From the human T2T-CHM13v2.0 reference genome, Homo sapiens, in NCBI RefSeq assembly GCF_009914755.1, contig NC_060939.1: DNA of 64,000 nucleotides. The stretch is one strand, 5' to 3'. Each line of letters opens with the position of its first letter. Positions within the stretch are counted from its first letter, which is position 1. Shown here piece by piece: positions 50,721-64,000 of the stretch. The translations under genes were made by a program, and so were the position numbers. The notes beneath the pieces were generated by a model. The model worked only from the letters and a program-made list of their open reading frames with translations, ran no database searches and was not told the DNA's origin.

Positions 50721-51008
50721 AAGAGGAAGATCTAATATCAAGTGTATAATGTTTTCTAGAGTCAGGGTAGCCAAAACAGCATGAAAAGAGACGTATCCAT
50801 GTTATACTGATATTGTTAGCATTGAGCATTTGACATGATGGTACAATGTGCAAATTTCAAATGTAATTTTAAGTTAAAAGGGAAAGATACATACAAAAAT
50901 TGCAACAATCTGACTTGAATTTCTTTTATTTCCAAACTTTCTTCTAAATTTCAGTCATACTGGCCACGGTGTTTCATGCCTGTAATCCCAGCTGAGGCGG
51001 GTGGATCA

Positions 51009-51393
<385 letters not shown>

Positions 51394-51589
51394 CTACAGA
51401 GCGAGACTCCATATCAAAAATAAAAAAATTTCAAAAAGTCAAACTATTTCTGTGTCATGACTACTCTGGTTCACTGGCCTCGTCCTGAGTCTAGATAAAA
51501 TATTTTTAACCATATAATCAAAGCTGCAAATAACTTCTTTTTCTTCAATTCTCTTTGGCCAAATGCTTCAAGAAAACTCAGGTGATTCA

Positions 51590-55170
<3,581 letters not shown>

Positions 55171-55214
55171 GTTTGATAACTTTCATTTAAGCCTATGACT
55201 TTTTTTTTTTTTGA

Positions 55215-55355
<141 letters not shown>

Positions 55356-55655
55356 TAGCTAATTTTGTATTTTTAGTAGAGAAGGGGTTTCTCCATGTTA
55401 GTCAGGCTGATCTTGAACTCTCAACCTCAGGTGATCCACCCACCTCAGCTTCCCAAAGTGCTGGGATTACAGGCATAAGCCACCATGCCCGACCCTCCTA
55501 TGATGCATTTTGAGTTAATTTTTGTATATTCTGTAAGTTAAGAGGTAAGTTTTTTTCTTTTAGTTTTTAAAAAATACACTGCTATTCAATTGTTCAAGCA
55601 CTCTTTGTTGAAAAGATTATTCATTCCCCATTTTATTGTCTTGGGACCTTTGTCA

Positions 55656-56075
<420 letters not shown>

Positions 56076-56893
56076 TTATTTTTAAGCCAAAACAACATTG
56101 TCTTAGTTTCTGTAGATTTATATTGGTAATCAAATTAGGTAGTATTATTTCTCCAACTTTATTTTTTATTTTAAAAATTATTTGGCCTTTTAAAAAATCT
56201 CCACACACATTTTAGAATCAGCTTGTCTATTTTTACAAGAAAACTTGCTGAGATTTTGATTGGAATGGCATTGCATGACTAAATCAATGAGTGGAGGAAT
56301 TGACATGCAACAATATTGAGTCTGGCAATCCATGCAAATAGCACATCTTTCTATTTACTTGAATCTTCTTTAATTTGACATCTTTTTCCAAATTTATCCC
56401 TAAGTGTTCAATATTTTTATGCTACTATAAATGGCGTTTTAGATAATTTCCAGATATCTTTCTGTTCTTGATTTCTAAATTAATTCTGTTGCTATTAGAG
56501 AACATTGTATAATCTCAATCTTTTATCCAGACTTGTTTTATGACTCAGAATACAGGTTATCTTGGGAAATGTTCTGAGGGGACTTGAAAAACATATGTAT
56601 TCTGCTGTTGTTGGATGAAATGTCTATAAATGTCAATTAGGTCAAGATGTTTTATAGTGTTATTCAAGTTTTCTAAATCCTGACTGATTTTCTTTCTAGT
56701 TGATCTATCAATGATTGAGATGTTGACAAATCTAATTGTGGTGGTTTTGTCTATCTCTCAACTTTGTCAGTTTTTGCTTCCATGTATTTTGGAGCTCTGA
56801 TGTTAGATGTATACAATTTAAAACTGTCGCATTATCTAATGAATTGACGTTATTATTACTATTTTATTATTATTCTTTCCCTTCACATGTACA

Positions 56894-57012
56894 GTTTGTT
56901 CGTAGGAAGCCTACAAGTTTTGGTACCTCTCGTCACAATGATCCCAGATTCCTGTTGGGTGTGTTGTAAACAGAGGAGCCATTCCTCAGGCCCCCTGCTC
57001 TGAGCACATCCC
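56894..57012 (-). ncRNA. SNORA11 (U107)-family H/ACA snoRNA retrocopy
   Basis: The - strand reads GGGATGTGCTCAGAGCAGGGGGCCTGAGGAATGGCTCCTCTGTTTACAACACACCCAACAGGAATCTGGG...CCTACGAACAAAC. First hairpin closed by GGGATGTG/CACACCC, H box ACAGGA (56955-56950), ACA 3 nt from the end, then a decayed A-rich tail. Family assignment is from recalled sequence similarity. Confidence 0.72.
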
Positions 57013-57041
57013 GGACCTCTTTACTATTAAGAAATTATCGA

Positions 57042-58639
<1,598 letters not shown>

Positions 58640-59587
58640 TAGCTGGTGTGCATGCACCTGTGGTGGTGCATACCACCACACCTGGCTAATTTTTTTATTT
58701 TTAGTAGAGACGGGGTTTCACCATGTTGGCCAGGCTGGTCTAGAACTCCTGACCTCAGGTGATCTACTTGTCTCAGCCTCCCAAAGTGCTGGGATTACAG
58801 GGGTGAGCCACTGCACCCGGCATTTTTTTTAAGACAAGGTCTCGCTTTGTCACCCAGGCTGAAGTGCAATGATGCGATCTTGGCCTATTATAGCCTTGAC
58901 TTCCTGGGCTCGAGCGATCCTCCCACCTCAGCCTCCCAAGTAGCTGGGACTATAGGCACATCCTAATTTTTGTATTTTTTGTAAAGACGAGGTCTTGCTA
59001 TGTTGCCCAGGCTGGTCTTGAACTCCTGAGCTCAAGCGATCTACCTGCCTCAGGCTCCCAAAGTGCTGGGATTACCAGTGTGGGCCACTGTGCCTAGTCT
59101 GTTTGATATTTTTATAGCCATTCCAGCTTTCTTTTGATTAGTGTTTTTATGGCATGTATTTTTCCGTCCTTTTTCTTTATCTGTACTTTTTTTTTTTTTT
59201 TTTTTTTTTGAGACAGGGTCTCGGTCTGTCACCCAGGCTGGAGTGAAGTGGCTCCATCATGGCTCACTACAGCCTCAATCTCCTGGGCTCAAGTGATCCT
59301 CCCATCTCAGCCTCCTGAGTGGCTGCAACTACAAGTAGGCACCACCATGCCCAGCTAATTTTTGTAGTTTTCGTGGAGAAGGGGTCCCAGTGTGTCTTGA
59401 CCTCCTGGGCTCAAGCGATCCGCCTGCCTTGGCCTCTTAAAAGTGCTGAGATTACAGACATGAGCCACCACACCCGGCCTTGCCTTTGTTTTTGAAAAAT
59501 ATTTCTCCTGTAAATAGAATTCCAGGCTGGGCATGGTGGCTCACGTCTGTAATCCCAGCACTTTGGGAGGCCGAGGTGGGTGGATCA

Positions 59588-59837
<250 letters not shown>

Positions 59838-60220
59838 TAGAATTCCAGGTTGATAGGTTTTCCTTTCAATACTTTAAAAGATGTTGCTCTGCTGTCTTCT
59901 GCTTGCATTGTTTCTGATGAGAAGTCTGCTGTAGTTACCTTTTTTCCTCTGGCTGTTTTGAACATTTTCTTTTTAATCACTTATTTCCTGCAGTTTGATT
60001 ATGATTGCCTTTCTGTGTGTTTTCATTATGTTTATTCTGCTTGAGGTTAGCTGAGTTTTGTTTGTTTTTGATACGAGTTCTGGCTTTGTCACCCAGTCTG
60101 GAGTGCAGTGGTGCTCGCTGCAGCCTCAACCTCCTGGGCTCATGTGATCCTCCTGCCTCAGCCCCCTAACTCCCCAGTAGCTGGGACTACAGGCGCTTGA
60201 CACCACACCCAGCTAATTTT

Positions 60221-60256
60221 TGTGTATATATAAATTTTGTGTATACATATATATAT

Positions 60257-60298
<42 letters not shown>

Positions 60299-60312
60299 TT
60301 TGTGTGTGTGTG
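60221..60312. repeat. (TG)n/(TA)n compound microsatellite in an Alu linker
   Basis: Direct reading. Confidence 0.85.
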
Positions 60313-60750
60313 TAGAAATGGGGTTTTGCTATGTTGCCCAGGCTATAATTTTTTTTTTAATCATTCAAGGTCTATTTTATCTTTATAATGAAATTAAGTC
60401 TATATAGACCAAAGAAAGAAAACAAGGGATGAAATGATAACAATAATTTACATTTTGAGGTGTTTACTTTTTGCCAAGCCTGGTGTTGGGGATTTTACAT
60501 TCATTACTTCCATTCATGTGCAACAACTGAGTACTCAGCATTGGACCAAGAGCTTTACATCTATCACAAGCTAATCCTCCAAGCACTTATCAGATAGGCA
60601 TTATATTAAATATCAGAAAACTGAGGCCCAGGGAAGCTAAACGCAAAGCAGATCTTGCTAAAGCAAGATCATATACCTCCTCTGTGACTTTCTTTGTGTG
60701 TGGGGGGGAAATTGTATACTGTTATTTGTTCAAGTAATTTTTTTTTTTAG

Positions 60751-61069
<319 letters not shown>

Positions 61070-61111
61070 TAATTTTTTAAGTTTTAAAATATTTTTTCTT
61101 TTAAAAAATAA

Positions 61112-61240
<129 letters not shown>

Positions 61241-61961
61241 TGATTCATTTTCCTTTTTCTCTCTACACTGCGTTTTGGATAGTTTATATTGCTATATCTT
61301 CAAGTTCACAGTTAATCCCACCCAGTCTAATTTTTTTATATCGGATATTATATTTTTAATCTCTAGAAGTTCCATTTATATCTTTTTATATTGTGTTTCT
61401 CTCATTATGTTTATGTTTTCTTTTACATTTTTTTTTCTTTTTGACACAAGGGCTTACTCTGTTACCCAGGCTGGGAGTAGTGGTGTGTTCAGGGCTCACT
61501 ACAGCCTCAACCTCCTGGGCTCAACTGATCCTCCCCACTCAGTCTCCCAAGTAGCTGGGACTACAGGCACATGTCACTGTGCCCAGCTAATTTAAAAATT
61601 TTTGGTAGAAATGGAGTCTCATTAAGTTGCCCAGGCTAGTCTCAAACTCCTGGGCTCAAGCATTCCTCCCACCTTGACCTCCAAAAGTGCTGAGATTACA
61701 GGCATAAGCCACCGTGTCTGGCCGCCTTTTACATTCTTAAGAATATTTATAATATTTATGTTAGCTGTCTTAAGGTTCTTGTCTGCTAATTCCATCTTCT
61801 TATAGTTTTGAGATTTATACTGATTGATTTTCCTTTTGATTATGGGTTATATTTTTCTACTTCTTTGCATATTTGGTAATTATTTTCTTGTATGCCAGAC
61901 TCCATGAGTTTTACATCATTAGGTGTTGATATTGTGGTATTTCTTTAGAGTGTTGACATTA

Positions 61962-62051
<90 letters not shown>

Positions 62052-63502
62052 TCACGAGGTCAGAAGTTCGAGACCAGCCTGGCCAACATGGTGAAACCCT
62101 GTCTCTACTAAAAATACAAAAATTAGCGTGGCATGGTGGTGCACATCTGTAATCTCAGTCACTAGGGAGGCTGAGGCAGGAGACTCGCTTGAACCCGGAG
62201 GCAGAGGTTGCAGTGAGCCAAGACATGCCACTGCACTCCAACCGGGGTGACAGAGTGAGACTCTGGTTCAAAAAAAAAAATTACTTGGGGTTAGTTTCAA
62301 ACTTTCAGGGCTTACTAACCAAAGCATGATCCTTCTGGCTAGTAGTAACACAAACTACTCACAGCCCTGTGTGAGCTCCAGAAATTGTTTAGTTTACTAC
62401 ATTCTGGTGGTCCTTTACCCGGCTTCATGGTGATTCACTGGATGTATACATAAGTTACTTCTCAGCCAAAGACTCAAAAAGATTCCTCTGCAGATTTCTG
62501 GTGTTCTCTGTCTTTGTAAACTGGCCAATCCCAGGGCTCACCTCATTTGTTCTCTTTCTCTCAGAGATCATAGTTATATGTTGCCTGTTGTCCAATGTCT
62601 GAAAGCCACTGTTTCATATATTTTATCCAGTTTTCTAATTTTCCAGAAAGAGAATTATTGTAAGTTAATTTTTGACAGGTGAAAATGTTAAGTCTGTTGA
62701 CAGATTTTTCATGACTTCTTCAATTTAATTAACAGTAATAGGATTTGGGGGACTTTCAATTTCTTCTTGAGCCAGATGTAGTAAGTTACTTTCCTAGAAA
62801 TTGGTCTTTTTCTTCAAGTTTTTAAATGCTGTTGATAGAATTATCTTATTAACTTTTAAACCTCTGTCTTATTTATAGCTGTGCCCCTAGTTTCGTTTGT
62901 ATCTGCTGAAGTGTATATATCTGTCCACTGCTACAGGGGGGAATATAATAATACTCTGTCTCTCTTCCATTCTCCAAATCCCACAGAAGTACCTCTCATT
63001 TATGGCATCTAGCATGGAAAATGGTTAGCAAAAGATACTAAGAAATGCTCTTAGTATCTAACTCTTGGGGGATCACAGAAGAGAGATCCTGCGTTGCTAG
63101 TGGATAGTCCGGTGCAGTTCACTGCCTCAGGTGCTCAGCATCCATACATAGCCTTTTACCCACATTTATTTTCAAACAATGAGAATGACAGCATAATGCT
63201 TTCACCTCAGTTCTGTGACTATCTCTCATGCAAATGAAGATGCCCTCACTATCTTCCTTGGAAGGGGAGACCCAAAGTCCTACCAGTCATTTCTCTTCTC
63301 TTTATGATGGTCCTTCTTTTTCCTTTTCAGTCACAATCTTCCTTTGGTATCCTGTAACCTAAAAACTAAATTATGAGGTTAGCTACCATCAACTCACCCT
63401 AAATGAAAGAGTAGAGGACAGAGAAGGGGAAGAAAGTCTATATATTAGTTGTACATATATAAAACAAACCAAGGGAAAAATATGTTTAGCTACTAAAATC
63501 TC

Positions 63503-63801
63503 TTTTTTTTTTTTTGAGATGGACTCCTGCTCTTGTCACCCAGACTGGAGTGCAATAGCACAATCTCAGCTCAGCTCACTGCAACCTCTGCCTCCTGGGT
63601 TCAAGCAATTCTCCTGCCTCAGCTTCCTGAGTAGCTGGGATTACAGGGGCCTGCCACCACGCCCGGCTGATTTTTGTATTTTTAGTAGAGACGGGGTTTT
63701 GCCATGTTGGCCAGGGTGGTCTCGAACTCCTGACCTCGTGATCCGCCTGCCTTGGGCTCCCAAAGTGCTGGGATTATAGGCATGAGCCACTTTGCCTGGC
63801 C
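63503..63801 (-). mobile_element. Alu
   Basis: Antisense Alu, AAAATCTC TSD. Confidence 0.9.
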
Positions 63802-64000
63802 AAAATCTCATTTCTTAATTGGTGATGAGGCAGTAGTTGGTGTTAATAATTTCCTTCTTCCCCTATCCATTTCACATTCCCTATTCCCTCAGTCAGCCCT
63901 TCAACTAATTGGTTTTTATCTTACAGCATGAATTACACCTTCACTCTTAAGTTTGTGAACTATTAATGGTTCTGATTAAACTGTGTTGCTATAGTCTTCC

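Overview
Primate genomic DNA, recognisable as human chr15q21.1. It holds the last six coding exons and 3' UTR of DUOX1 (+ strand, 2843-~7590). Convergent with it is the whole SHF gene (- strand, SH2-domain adaptor of the SHB family). SHF has a proximal CpG-island first exon (488-aa product) and an alternative distal coding exon (423-aa product) that sits inside a cluster of three identical tRNA-His(GTG) genes (40606-43205). The distal 20 kb is repeat-dense (Alu, L1, MaLR, MER4-group LTRs) and contains a SNORA11-like snoRNA retrocopy, a young Alu and an H3F3A processed pseudogene stacked at one insertion site. Most notable: (1) all three tRNA-His genes share a structured 3' trailer, with a hairpin over the 3' processing site plus a decoy copy of the acceptor-stem 3' strand; (2) a Pol II SHF isoform is woven through the Pol III cluster; (3) a triple retroposition hotspot; (4) candidate in-frame SHF cassette exons; (5) a templated insertion inside an Alu; (6) an old intronic duplication with a possible dead exon copy. 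Most ORFs in the supplied track are Alu-derived or GC-rich noise. Coordinates were read by eye and repeat boundaries are approximate.
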